64,000 nt of DNA from Ramazzottius varieornatus (lineage: Eukaryota; Animalia; Tardigrada): assembly GCA_001949185.1 (NCBI GenBank), contig BDGG01000008.1, positions 1,116,001 to 1,180,000 of the forward strand, given 5' to 3'. The translations under genes were made by a program, and so were the position numbers. Shown one piece after another: positions 26,466-38,548 of the stretch; positions within the stretch are counted from its first letter, which is position 1; each line of letters opens with the position of its first letter. The notes beneath the pieces were generated by a model. That model had not been told where the DNA came from. It was given only the letters and a program-made list of their open reading frames with translations, and did not search any database.

Positions 26466-28954
26466 CGAGGGGATTATGCCTGTCCTCACCTCTTTTTGGT
26501 CAAACTGTCCTGGCGGAACGAGAGAGGAGAGTCTCTTCTAGGATCTGAGCCAGTGANNNNNNNNNNNNNNNNNNNNNNNNNNNNNNNNNNNNNNNNNNNN
26601 NNNNNNATGCCTGTCCTCACCTCTTTTTGGTCAAACTGTCCTGGCGGAACGAGAGAGGAGAGTCTCTTCTAGGATCTGAGCCAGTGAGTGAAATCCCGCG
26701 TCAATCCTGGGAAAAACTACAGGGATTCGGGAGTGAAGTCAAAAGTAGGGCGGTATGTGAGCAGAGTAATGAACAATCAAGACTTGATTGTTCGATGGTT
26801 GATTCGGTTGTTGATTGAGCCTGTGCTTCCTGCTCATCAAGTTTTCTGTTGTTTTTCAACCTTCTCTCATTTGCTCATTCATTCCTGCGCTTCTTTGAAA
26901 TGGAATCCATCCACTTGCTGAATTTTATCAAGCTGCTGGAATGGGACTACAAACTGCACTACCGTATCGACGACTTTCCAAGCGAAGCTGACAGGCAGTT
27001 CAAGGACATAGTTAAAGGTTATCTTGCTGTGCACTGGAGCTCGAAAACAAAAAGATACTGATTTGATTCGTAATCTTTCCTAGATTTCATCGACTCGAAG
27101 ATCACCCAAAGTGTTACTCCTGTGTATGCCGTTGAAAAAGACCTCCAGTATGATCTGCAGATCCGCGTCGAGTCATTTGAACATTACGAAGCATCTGCTG
27201 TCCAGTGCAACCTGCTGAATGGCCTGAGTGAAGCTGACTGCGACGTTACGGAACCTGATAGACTGCTTGAGTCTGCTTCAAGCGAAACTGAACCTTCTTT
27301 CCATGAACTATACATCCCACGACTTCCTAACCCCACGCTTCCAGTGGATCAGTTAGTCAACTTGGAGTATAACAAACGTGCGGTTACATACTGGAGAAAC
27401 GCCGTGAAGAAGAAGCGTCTCACGTTGGCCACTGTTCAGAGACGTTTTGGTAAAGTAAGCAGCATACGGCAGCTGTACGATTGGGAAAAGCAGGTAGTGG
27501 AAGGCGGTTCCAGGCTGGACAAGTTGAAGGCTCTACGTTTGGATGTCGGTAAGCAGTTCTTCCTCGCTAAAAGGAAAAAGCAAGTGGTCAAGGATTTGGA
27601 CTTACGTCGATGGGCTCTCACTGCGAACAGAACGATGAACTTGGCCGGTTTCACTGCTTCCCCAGACTGGATCGGAAAACTCAAACGGTACCAACAGTTT
27701 TTTGTGCTTCGATTTCCTTCAAAAACGAAATTAATATTTTCTAGATATTATGGGATCGTTGACCGGAAAATAACCAAGTTCGTCACCAAGAAATCCATAC
27801 AAGAAGCGCCTCACGTCAAGGAAAGTGCTGAAGCCTGCGTTGCGCTCGTCAGATCAAGGATCGCAGAGTACGAGTTAGACTGTCTGTGGAATGCGGATCA
27901 GTCAAATTGATATGCGATGAGACCAGGAAGAACTTTGGAACCTGCTGGAGTAAAACACGTGGAAGCGATCACCCAGTCGGAGATTTCCATGACACATAGC
28001 TACACTGTGATGATGGCGGTCTCGCCGGGCAGGCGTAAGTTTCTTCCTGTTCTTTTCCTAACGCTGAAGGAAGAGAAAGGAGTGTTTGGTCCAATCGTGC
28101 CGAGAACGATGTTCAAGGCTGATAACCTGTACGTCACTGCTTCGACATCCGGGAAGATGACCAAGAAGCTCTACTTAGAGTGGTCAGAAATAGTTCTTTT
28201 CTCTCGTATGGAAGAGTTGTGCATTTTCTTGACCGACTCGTGGAAGACCTTCACCGATCAAGATTCTGTGATTGAACTGAAACCGGAAGAGTTGGGGTAC
28301 GAAATGCTGGCCATCCCTCCGAAAGTTACCGGTCAAATTCAACCGCTGGATTTGTTATGCTTTAGGATGTACAAAGGGTGCTTCAAGAAGATATCCGACT
28401 TTGTCTTTTTGCGCGATTTACCCGTTCAAGTGCATCATCGCGATGTGATTTGAGATTGTACTCTTTGCTGTATCAACAGTTTCAGTCGCCTAGGTTCGAA
28501 AATTTGATAGCTGAAGCTTGGCATAAGTCGGGATATACCGACTAACGTTTCATGTATGTTAATCCAGCCAAGTTTATGTTTGATAAGCTGAAAGACAGTT
28601 GTCTTCACGAGAACGGCAGAGACATTGTTCTTCTGGTTTGCGGGTGGTGCAAGGCCCGTCTTTGCTTCCATCACTTTTATGACGCTCATCATTTCTGTAC
28701 TATCTATTTTCTGTAACAAGTTTGTTTACTGATGGGTTTCAGGGTTTGTTTGTTAGGTCTAACGTGGACCTATAAGACATCACGTTTCTACGTTATTGAC
28801 ATAAATTTCTGACGTCACTTCCGAGTCCCTGTAGTTTGTTCCAGGGTCGACGCGGGATTTAGCTCACTGGCTCAGATCCTAGAAGAGACTCTCCTCTCTC
28901 GTTCCGCCAGGACAGTTTGACCAAAAAGAGGTGGGGGCAGGCATAATCCCCTCG
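26466..28954 (+). mobile_element. Tc4/Tc5-type (pogo-related) DNA transposon, full length, with about 150-bp TIRs and a TCA target duplication
   Basis: Left end CGAGGGGATTATGCC... and right end ...GGCATAATCCCCTCG. Flanks are C-TCA (26463-65) and TCA-G (28955-57), reconstructing a CTNAG target. The right TIR spans about 28805-28954. Confidence 0.93.
26900..28716 (+). pseudogene. Inactivated Tc5-like transposase (CENP-B-type HTH, DDD core, C-terminal Cys/His motif), with intron(s)
   Basis: LRRWAL...FTASPDWIGKLKR HTH; WNADQS, LTDSW and IQPLD catalytic motifs; C-terminal CGWC...CFHHF. In-frame stop at 27908-10, a frameshift near 28450 and another stop near 28543. Intron at about 27687-27744. Confidence 0.88.
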
Positions 28955-29155
28955 TCAGTCACATTCCACTCACAAGCTTATCTCCACTGATGTTGTACTT
29001 TGCCCTTCACTGGGCAAAATTCAGCAGAGGGGTTCAAACACAAACTTACGAACAAAACCAGCTCCGCAACGACGGCTCGTCCTTAAAAATCCCACGTTAG
29101 ACCACCTGAAGTGGTTTGACATGGGATAACATGGGGTATCGAGTCGCATGCAAGG

Positions 29156-31033
29156 TTGTATTACAAAGCTCTGCGGGCATTACGTAATAGCCTCACACTG
29201 TATCGGCGGCAACAAGAATTACAAGATGTCCTGGACAGAGTGAAGCACTCCATCTCGTCCATGACTGAAGCGCATTTGACACACCGGGAACGTTGTTTGA
29301 ACGCACTTCTGCTTCGGAGTATCGACAAGAACAAGCCGTTGGTGGACGGGATGGCAATGATTAAGAGACAGGTTGCGTGTCGGATCCGAGACGCCGAGTA
29401 CATCATGAATTTTGTGAACGAAGAAAAACCGAGCAGCTCACAGTCCAACACTCCAACTCCTGCACGGAGCCTCTAATGGTGACGCATTATGCTTCTCAAT
29501 CTGCTATTCTTTCATAGGCAAAGGTAGCTTTCTTCGTTACATGAATGACAAACCAAGAGATTCCTTGGACAAATCTCACAGTCCAACTTCCATTGACTCG
29601 GGAATTTGCACCATTGCTAACGAGGAACCAGAAGGTGAGATAAACTGCGCAAACGCTTTCGGTTCCTAACTGTGGTTTTATTTGTTCCGTTTTGTCGGTC
29701 CCCTTACATCCAGTTTCCTCTGGTTTTTGTAGATCCGAATGCTCTCGTACCAGAGCTGCACGAGTTGCCTTTCCAGTGACCAGCACATTCCATAAAGGAG
29801 CAGATTACGAAGATTCAACAGTCAATCCCGGCTGACCACCGTTCCATCCTTCTTCGGCTCGCCCTTGAAAGACTCGAATATCGATGTGAAGAGGTGATGG
29901 ACCAATATGAGAACTACCCTGAGTACCTGCAAAGCGCCATCGAGGTGCTGAAAGCGGTAAACTCGCAGGGTGTTGAAAGTTTACTTCGGGGCAAGTATAC
30001 GAAGCTTCTTCGCGCTCGTAGTCAGTTCGACGTCTGTGGTGTCTTCTCGTTCCTGGAGGACGAAATGTTCCCGCAACACTCAACCTACAATACCATGCTG
30101 GAGGAATCCGGCAAGAAGACTGCATCACCAAAAGGTAGGTTGTTTCAGGTTTTGAAATCGTACAGTCAAACGTGATTTTTTTCGACGAAGAAGAATGGTG
30201 GCATGCAATGGTCTCTTTCAGTATACCGTAGTAAAGTATTTGCAAAACGAACAGTAATCATTTCAGCAGAGTGGCTGTTGTACTGTATACTCTCCCGAAA
30301 TTCACGTACGTCACTCTATTCAGAGTGTAAAACTAGACGGTAAGACCCCAATGATTTGAGAGTCAGTGACGTACGTAAATTTCGGGAGAGCATACAGTAG
30401 TCTTTACGTTTGGTTTGATTATCATGTATGTAAGGTTTTCCGGGTGAATATCGAGCGAGATGACGTCTTTTTGCTCGGTTTCCTCGACTGTATTTCATTT
30501 CGGCATTTCGGAGGCTTACATGTCGGAAGACGATCTACGGTACATAAAGTGGATGACTGCAGCGGCTGACATAAGTGGCTGTGATGCTCTTGGTTGAAAG
30601 AGGCAAACCCCTGCTGACACCATGGACGAACGAGGTAGTAGCTGACTTCGTCACACGCTTGGCGTCAGAGGCAAGAAAACTGCCTTGGGTTAACCTGCCA
30701 ACACCGCTAACCATGGCTGACGAGATCAGCGCAGTTGAAGTGAAATGGATCATAAGCAGCTATAGGTGGAAGGGCTTCGGCATTCCCGCCATGTACGCAA
30801 TCTGTCAACTAGTTCCTGTTGGCTTCTCCTTGGAGAAGAACTACTCCTGGCTCAACAGTCCGGAAATTAATGAACGCCGCGAGATGTGGTTGGACTCAGG
30901 TGATCTCAGTCACAGCAGTTTCTGTGGTGCCATTGTCGATCTTTTGAAGAGGGAAGACTATAAGCCTCTCGCTGCTAACCTCGCTCATTATTTTTGTGAC
31001 GATATGCTGTTCGTACAGTACTTGTTCGCATAA
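29156..31033 (+). pseudogene. Orphan coding-like segments of unknown family, probably one or two decayed genes
   Basis: Three protein-like ORFs (29156-29476, about 29730-30135 with an internal stop and a GT donor after it, 30575-31033). No motif recognised. Confidence 0.35.
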
Positions 31034-31995
31034 TGTTTGTCGAAACCGCTTGTTGCAATACTTTTTGGTAAGGAATTGAGTTTTTTTATATCTGTCAAAA
31101 GAAAACTTCGCGAATACGTGAGGCGAGTGCGATAGACTCGGTTCGAAAAACGGTCGAAACCCGCCAGTATACTAAGGTTCTTGGGTTCTCGGCACCTACT
31201 ACACGTCAGGACAGAACGACGGTAGTAAACGTTGTTTTTCGGTGTTTTTATCCTTGAACAGTTTGTCTCCTAAGACTTGAACGACGACCTAATCTTTCAA
31301 CCAACAGTTCCGGGAACCTTCAGTCAGCCACTGCGTCTGGGATGTTGACGAATTCATTATGCAGGCCGCTGAAGACATCGACGCCGTTTCGTCGTAAAAG
31401 AGGCCGCGGTTGCCTTGTGATTATTGTTCGTACCCTGAAATTTCATCCTTAAATCTACGGCATGTCGCTTTCCTTTGGCTCGCATGTCAATTATGGTGAC
31501 GGTAAGCTCGCTGTGCTTCTGAACGAACGCTAGCCGAAAGTATACAGGTCTAACGGTCGTTTTATCCACATCAGAATTGCTTAAGCATCAGTCTGGCGTA
31601 GTACTGTATTAATATTATCATTGTCACTTCGTAATTTACAGTAACACCACGATAAAAAGATGGTTGTTCAGGTTGTGCTTGGTCTTCAGAAACTTCGTCC
31701 CCAATAACCTCCAATATCACACTTCCTATCACAAAATTTGCAAGGTAATATTCCCGTGTCATCGGCTATCTGACTGAATTCGCATGTAAGGTACGCTCAC
31801 AAAACGGCTTATCCGACGGTGATTTGACTGTATTGTGTTGAAAGCTTAATATCCGTCCGCGTGTCTGCAGCTCAGCAGCGGGCAACGACAACCTACGTAG
31901 TCGAGGAAACTCCGTTCCCGGCCCAATCCAGCTACTTCCTCTTGGTAACTCTATCGCGTTACTTCCTTGTTCACCACGTGCACTTTACAGTCATC

Positions 31996-33446
31996 ATGGC
32001 GCCACTTCGTTGGGGATTTATGGGTTCGGGGAAGATCAATAACGATTTCGCAACGGCTATCGACACCTTCTCCAAAAACGAACACAAGGTACACGGTCTG
32101 ATGGCAACCACTATACACGTGTGTGTCTGTGGCAGGTTTTCCACCCGTACCTCATCGCAACTGACCCAGTTATGCTCCATGATTACAGAAAGTCGCGGTA
32201 GCGGCTCGCAAGAAAGCGAGTGCCGAAGCTTTCGCCAAGAAGTTCGATTTCGAAAAATCCTACGACTCGTACGAAAGTTTGGCCCTCGATGCTGATATCG
32301 GTAAATAATATATATTCTCCATCCATCTGTTCCTCGTCCAGAATTATACTTCCCGTTGCGCCATATGCAGTAACGTCTATCCGCGGTTTGGTTATCTAGA
32401 TATTGTCTACATTGGAACTGTCAACCCCAACCACTACGAGCTTTGCGTGCTGTGCATCGAGAATGGGAAACATGTCCTATGCGAGAAGCCCTTGACTCTT
32501 CGCTTGGAACACACTCAGAAGCTCATCAAACTAGCCGAAGAAAAAGGCAAGTTTTTTCAAGAGGTAAGTATTAATAGTAATCGAGCTGGGTCGTACGCAG
32601 CTGGGGTCCGCCAGCACAGAAACGGGGTATTCTGGTCCGAAGGCTGTCTGGAGCCGATTTTTCCCCATATACGAGCGAGTCCGTCAGGAGCTCAAGGCTG
32701 GCTCCTTGGGAGAGATCAACCTCGTAACGGCCATGTTCGGCTTCAACGACCAGCAGACTGCGCGATTGATGCGCAAGGACCTCGGTGGAAGTAGTCTGAT
32801 GGACATTGGTGGCTACACTATTCAGTTCGCCTTGCAAGTGTACGGACCGGAAATGCCACAAAAGGTCCACGCTGTCGCCATCAAGAATGTCGAGGGTGAC
32901 TAACCACTTTGCTTGCAACACTAGGTGGCTCTTCTGAGTGATTTTATCTTGCAGGAATCGACATGTCTGTGGCAATCACTCTTCAATGGAAGGGCGGACA
33001 GATTGCGCAGTTAACGTCCTCGTTCCTGGCCAAGTTGGACTCTTCTGCTCAAATATGGGGGCAGAGTGGCAGTCTTGAGGTAGATTCCACATGCTGCAAT
33101 GTGGGAAACTGTATGATGATAATAACACACTGGAGGTGGAATTTGTGGCTTCCAGGTCCACGAGCCATTCTGGTGTCCAGAGGAAATGACACTTAAGGGA
33201 AAAACTGAGAAGCATCCCCTGCCGATGGTAAAGCACGATTTAGAGTTCCGTAACGGTCAAGGGATGGTGTACGAGGTTCAGGAAGTGAAGCGCTGTATCG
33301 ACAACGGCCTCACCGAAAGTCCGCACTTCACGCACAAGGAAACGCTCATCATCGCCCAAATTGCGGATGAAGTTAAGAAGCAAATTGGACTGTCTTTCGA
33401 AGAGATTTACTCCGGTGACAAAGAGAAATGGAAAGAATCGGTTTAG
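31996..33446 (+). CDS. DHDH: Dimeric dihydrodiol dehydrogenase / D-xylose dehydrogenase-like (Gfo/Idh/MocA family), copy 1
   Basis: MAPLRWGFMGSGKI, NPNH, KHVLCEKP, EAVWSRFFP, LGGSSLMDIGGY, GMVYEVQEVKRCI..GLTESP. Six exons. Confidence 0.9.
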
Positions 33447-34496
33447 GTTACAGTACTACAGCTGATATCCACGACGTACTTCGGATTGACTGACCAGAGC
33501 CCTTGTATGGCTTCATATTAAATTTTATGTTTCTGACAAGGATGCATGACTCCACCGGAGTTCCGCTTAGTTCGCTGGGCTGTTTTCTTTGAAAGATCGA
33601 ACTGTGATCAGAAATTTGAGTTCCTGCATAGTACTGAATGATTATTGTAGTGTTGATTTCCGCGGAACAATATTGTCATTTTGTGCCGCAGTGCGGGCCC
33701 TATGGATTGAGTTCTGGACTAATGGCACGTGCGATCCCAGCGGACGTTTCAAGGTGTGACGTGAAGCCGTACGCGCCACAAGGAGCTTTCTAACAGCTTG
33801 CGAGGTCTAAGTATACAGTCATCACTTGGAGTTCACGTTGAGAACACATTCCTTCTCGAATTCTAGTTTCATGGGTTTCTTTATACGTGAAGTTCCATGT
33901 TGTTGGCTGTGGGAGTCGTTTCGGTTGCTCAAGGAAGATCCACTGGTCAGGGGCCTCCTCGGAATCAGGGAACTCGATTCTGTGCGGTTTTCCGACACCC
34001 ATCAGACGGCGCACCAAGTGACGTCACCGGAAGTCATATCGCTGATCAATGATCATGAAGGGAAATCAGTTCAATATAGAGATTAAGTTGTCTTTAAGAA
34101 TTGGGAAGCATAGGGAAGCATGGTGGTTGCCCAACTATCCAAAGTTCTGATCAGCTGCTGCGCTTATGAGTGGCGTTGCAACCCATCTTAGCTACAGTGG
34201 GATTTTCATCTGGCGGTGGCAACTTAATGTCTGTAATTTCTCTCCTTTTTCCAGAGTTTCATTTCATCTCCCGGAATTCGGAGCTTCGCTTCACGTTCAC
34301 CTCACATTCCGCCCTTCAACGCATCTTGCAGCTTTGGTCAAGAACGTTGAGGTCGAGGAGGATCGTGAGCGACTACCTTGATCCTTCATCTGATCATCTG
34401 TGTTTACATTTCAGATTGGACCTGTTGTGAGCAGTGTGGCAGCATCCGAAATTTCCCAAATTCTTCGCCGCTTAACTTTCTCGGTGCTGAACCGCT

Positions 34497-36004
34497 ATGG
34501 CACCTCTTCGATGGGGATTTATGGGAGCAGGGAAGATCAGTAACGACTTCGCGGCCGCCATCGATACTTTCTCGAAGGATGAACACATGGTTTGTATCGT
34601 GCAGTATACAGTAGACAGTGCTTCCGTACGCTACAGAACTGTAGGTTACGGTTACAAACGTAGCTGACGTCTCGGATATATTTACAGAAGGTGGCAGTCG
34701 CTGCGCGCGAAAAGCACAACGCGGAAGCTTTCGCCAAGAAGTTCGGCTTTGAGAAATCGTATGACTCGTACGAAAGTCTTGCAAAGGACCCCGATGTCGG
34801 TAAGCACTTTCAGTACTCGTACATGCCAATAATGCCATCTTGCTGTTCAGTGCCAACCTGAAGATCCAGCTACCTTGATGATCTTCCAGATATCGTATAT
34901 ATCGGGACCGTCCACCCGAAGCATTATGAATTATGCAAGCTTTGCATCGAGAATAACAAGCATATTCTATGCGAGAAGCCTTTGACTATCCGATTGGAAC
35001 ATACGCAGACGCTCATCAAACTGGCTGAAGCAAAAGGGAAGTTCTTCCAGGAGGTAGGTTGCTGGTTGTGTTGAAGGAGTGAAGGGTAAAAATTTAAATT
35101 ACCGTGACTGGCGATCATTTCTTTTCAGGCTGTCTGGAGCCGCTTCTTCCCAATTTACGAACGGATCCGCCAGGAAATCAAGGCTGGCTCCTTGGGAGAG
35201 ATTAACTTGGTGACTGCCGTGTTCGGCTTCAACGATCAGCAAACTTCCCGTTTGATGCGCAAAGACTTGGGCGGAAGTAGCTTGATGGACATTGGTGGCT
35301 ACACTATCCAGTTCGCCTTGCAAGTGTACGGACCGGAAATGCCGGAAAAGATCCGCGCAGTCGCAATCAAGAACGATTACGGTTAGTTTTAACGTATGAC
35401 TGTATGGTATTGGGGGTTTTACTCAGTGTATATATCTGGAGATGCGTGTCGAAGTGCTTTTGTGCTTAGATATCGACGTATCGTTGGCTATAATGCTGCA
35501 GTGGAAGAATGGGAAGATTGCTCAACTGACCAGCTCTTTTCTGGCTAAGATGGACTCATCAGCGCACATTTGGGGAAGTGATGGCAGTTTGAAGGTACCT
35601 TAAGAAGCTTCTGACAAGCCTGACATTAGGCCAGCATAAAAGTTGGTATTTCGTCATGTCTGCTCGGCGAACTTGCTAGTGGTGTGTCGTCCACAATCTG
35701 GCTTTGTGTTCAGGTCCACGAGCCTTTTCACTGTCCCGATCAGATGACTCTAAAGGGAAAAGTGGAGAAGCATTCGCTGCCCTCTGTGAAGCATAGCCTC
35801 GAGTTCCCGAATGGTCAAGGAATGGTATACGAGGTCCAGGAAGTGAAGCGTTGCATCGACAATGGCCTCACCGAAAGTCCCTACTTCACGCACAAGGAAA
35901 CGCTCATCATCGCCCAGATCGAGGATGAGATCAAGAAGCAAATTGGACTGTCTTTTGAAGAAATTTATTCTACCGATAAAGAAACATGGATAGAAGCAGT
36001 CTGA
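34497..36004 (+). CDS. DHDH: DHDH-like oxidoreductase, copy 2
   Basis: Same exon structure and motifs (MAPLRWGFMGAGKI, HPKH, CEKP, MDIGGY). No disruption seen. Confidence 0.88.
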
Positions 36005-36553
36005 AAACTTTGCGGCTTTTATGTGGCGTTCTGCTGATGAGTCCTATCTTTCTTTCACTGTATGGTTTCTTGTGATTATTCATTGGTGCTATTTTATAAT
36101 TTCTTACTCTCGTCGGTTTCGACCCTTAGTAATCGAAATCATGTCAATATGCATATGATGTTCCTGGTCGCTTTTGTTCATTGTACTTTCGCAGTAAGAT
36201 TTTCGCTGGTGAAAAACAAGAAAGGGTTGTATCCGGAGACGGGGGCATGTGGCCAAAGTGTCGGTCAGTTCCTTCTACAGTAGTATTATTAATATATGTC
36301 ATACACTGACATACAGGTATGACTGTCACGTAATGTGATGCTATGTGTTCGCGCGTCGTTCGATTACAGTAGCCGATGTCCAGATTCCTTCAGATCTGGT
36401 GAACTCTTTGGGTCAACCAGCCAGACTGGAGCCCTTCCACAGCTCCGCCGAACAAGTGCTACCCTAAGTTAATTCGATCGACGGGGCTGTCTGCTTGTGG
36501 AGCGTGGAGAAGATTAGAGCTGTTCCAGCTGTCCACCGTCAGTTACCTTCGCG

Positions 36554-37956
36554 ATGAAGAAGCAAAAGCTTGACACCCCACCTCTTCGCTGGGGTTTCAT
36601 GGGAGCAGGCAAGATCGCCAACGATTTTGCAACAGCGATCGATACATTCTCCAAAAGCGTCCACAGGGTAAGTCTAAATAGCACACCACTCTATGCGTTC
36701 AATCCAGTTCTATTAGTAATTACTTTACTTCCGGTCTGTAGAAAGTGGCAGTAGCAACTCGAGAGAAGCAAACTGCTGAAGCATTCGCAAAGAAGTTCGG
36801 GTTCGAGAAACCATGCGACTCATATGGGGACTTGGCTAAAGATGGAGACATCGGTTGATAGTTAGCTCATAGTGAATACTGCTATAGCACTACCACATTA
36901 ACACTAAACTGAACGGTCTTCCAGATATTGTTTACATCGGTACCGTCAACCCAAACCACTACGAACTATGTAAGCTGTGTCTGGAAAACGACAAACATGT
37001 CCTGTGCGAGAAGCCTTTGACGCTCCGGTTAGAACATACGGAGAAGCTCATCAAGTTGGCGGAAGAGAAGGGGAAGTTCTTCCAAGAGGTAAACCACCTG
37101 TTGAATTCTTCTTAGTACTGTATGAGAATATTCCCTTGGTGCTTCTTACAGGCTGTGTGGAGTCGGTTCTTCCCGGCGTACGAACGACTTCGTGAAGAGC
37201 TGGCAAAGGACTCACTTGGATCGATCAAGGCCGTTACTGCATTGTTTGGTATTAACGATCAGGTGACTTCGCGCATCCTGAGGAAGGACCTGGGAGGAGG
37301 AAGCTTGATGGATATTGGGGTGTATACCATCCAGTTTGCCATGCAAGTCTACGGACCTTTCGTGCCCGAGAAGGTCCACGCGGTCGCCATCAAGAACGAT
37401 GAAGGTATGCTTCGTTCTATTTCCAATACGTGCAACATATCTGACGAGAAATTTGTCGAAGGTGTTGACATGTCGGTATCGATGACTTTACAATGGAAAG
37501 ATGGACAAATAGCTCAACTGTCTTGCTCGAACCTGGCCAAGATGGAATCGTCGGCTGAAGTCTGGGGACAAGCTGGTACTTTGAAGGCAAGAAAATAGCT
37601 TCTTGTTCGTGAATGCAGTATACTCATTCGAAACGTCCTGTTCCTGAAGTTGGGCTAATTTGCAGTTACATGAGCCGTTTTGGTGTCCTAATGAGATAGA
37701 GATAAACGGAAAGACCGAGAAGCACGCGCTGCCAAAAGTTAGCCATACTCTGGAGTTTGAACACGGTGAAGGAATGGTCTACGAAGTGCAGGAAGTGAAG
37801 CGTTGCATCGCCGACGGACTTACCGAAAGTCCGCACTTCACGCACAAAGAGTCTCACATTCTTGCTCAAATCCTGGATGAAGTCAAGAAGCAAATCGGGC
37901 TGTCTTTTGAGGAGATCTACTCTGACGATAAGGAAACGTGGAAGGAAGCTGTTTAG
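36554..37956 (+). CDS. DHDH: DHDH-like oxidoreductase, copy 3 (basic N-terminal extension, GC-AG last intron)
   Basis: MKKQKLDTPPLRWGFMGAGKI, CEKP, GGGSLMDIGVY, with the same intron positions as copies 1 and 2. Confidence 0.88.
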
Positions 37957-38548
37957 AGGCAACGCAAGCCAGTCTTCCATTCTTCTCGATATTTTCTCAC
38001 CGTCAAAGTCAGAGATTCTCTTTGCGTGTTTTCACCTGCTCAAGTTCGAAATGTTGTGTCATCATTATTGGAACTACGCTTCGGGTGAGATCAAATCAAT
38101 CACGTTCCGACGGCAGGTTGGGCTGACCTGCGTGGCAAGCCATCCTGAATGGTCATACGGTATCTTATTGAATACTTTCGCGGAATTTCGTCACAACAAA
38201 GTACAGTCAACTTTTCGTTTCCGCCATCTTTGTCTTGCGAGATGAAAGAAATGTCCCCCAGGGTCCAGAGTCGGAAACAATGCGCGATGAAGAATTGCTG
38301 ATGTTGGTGGATCGGCCAGTTTTCAGTTACAATATACAGGTGCGCCTTCTGTTGACATGCCGGCTACTCTTCCCAATTGATAAAGGACCACACGTTCGAG
38401 GCACTTCCGCCATGCAGTATTGGAATATCGACATAAAAGCTCAAAGCCGTACGATCACCCTGCATACCTGCATCCATTCTTACAACAAGCGCGAGAGGTC
38501 CTGTCAGCGACTGTACAACTCGGTTAAGTATTCACCCTTGTTCTCAAG

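Noticed and set aside
26477-26686. 80-bp direct repeat on both sides of the N run
   Set aside because: Identical sequence flanking a gap is the typical signature of an unmerged contig overlap, not a real duplication.
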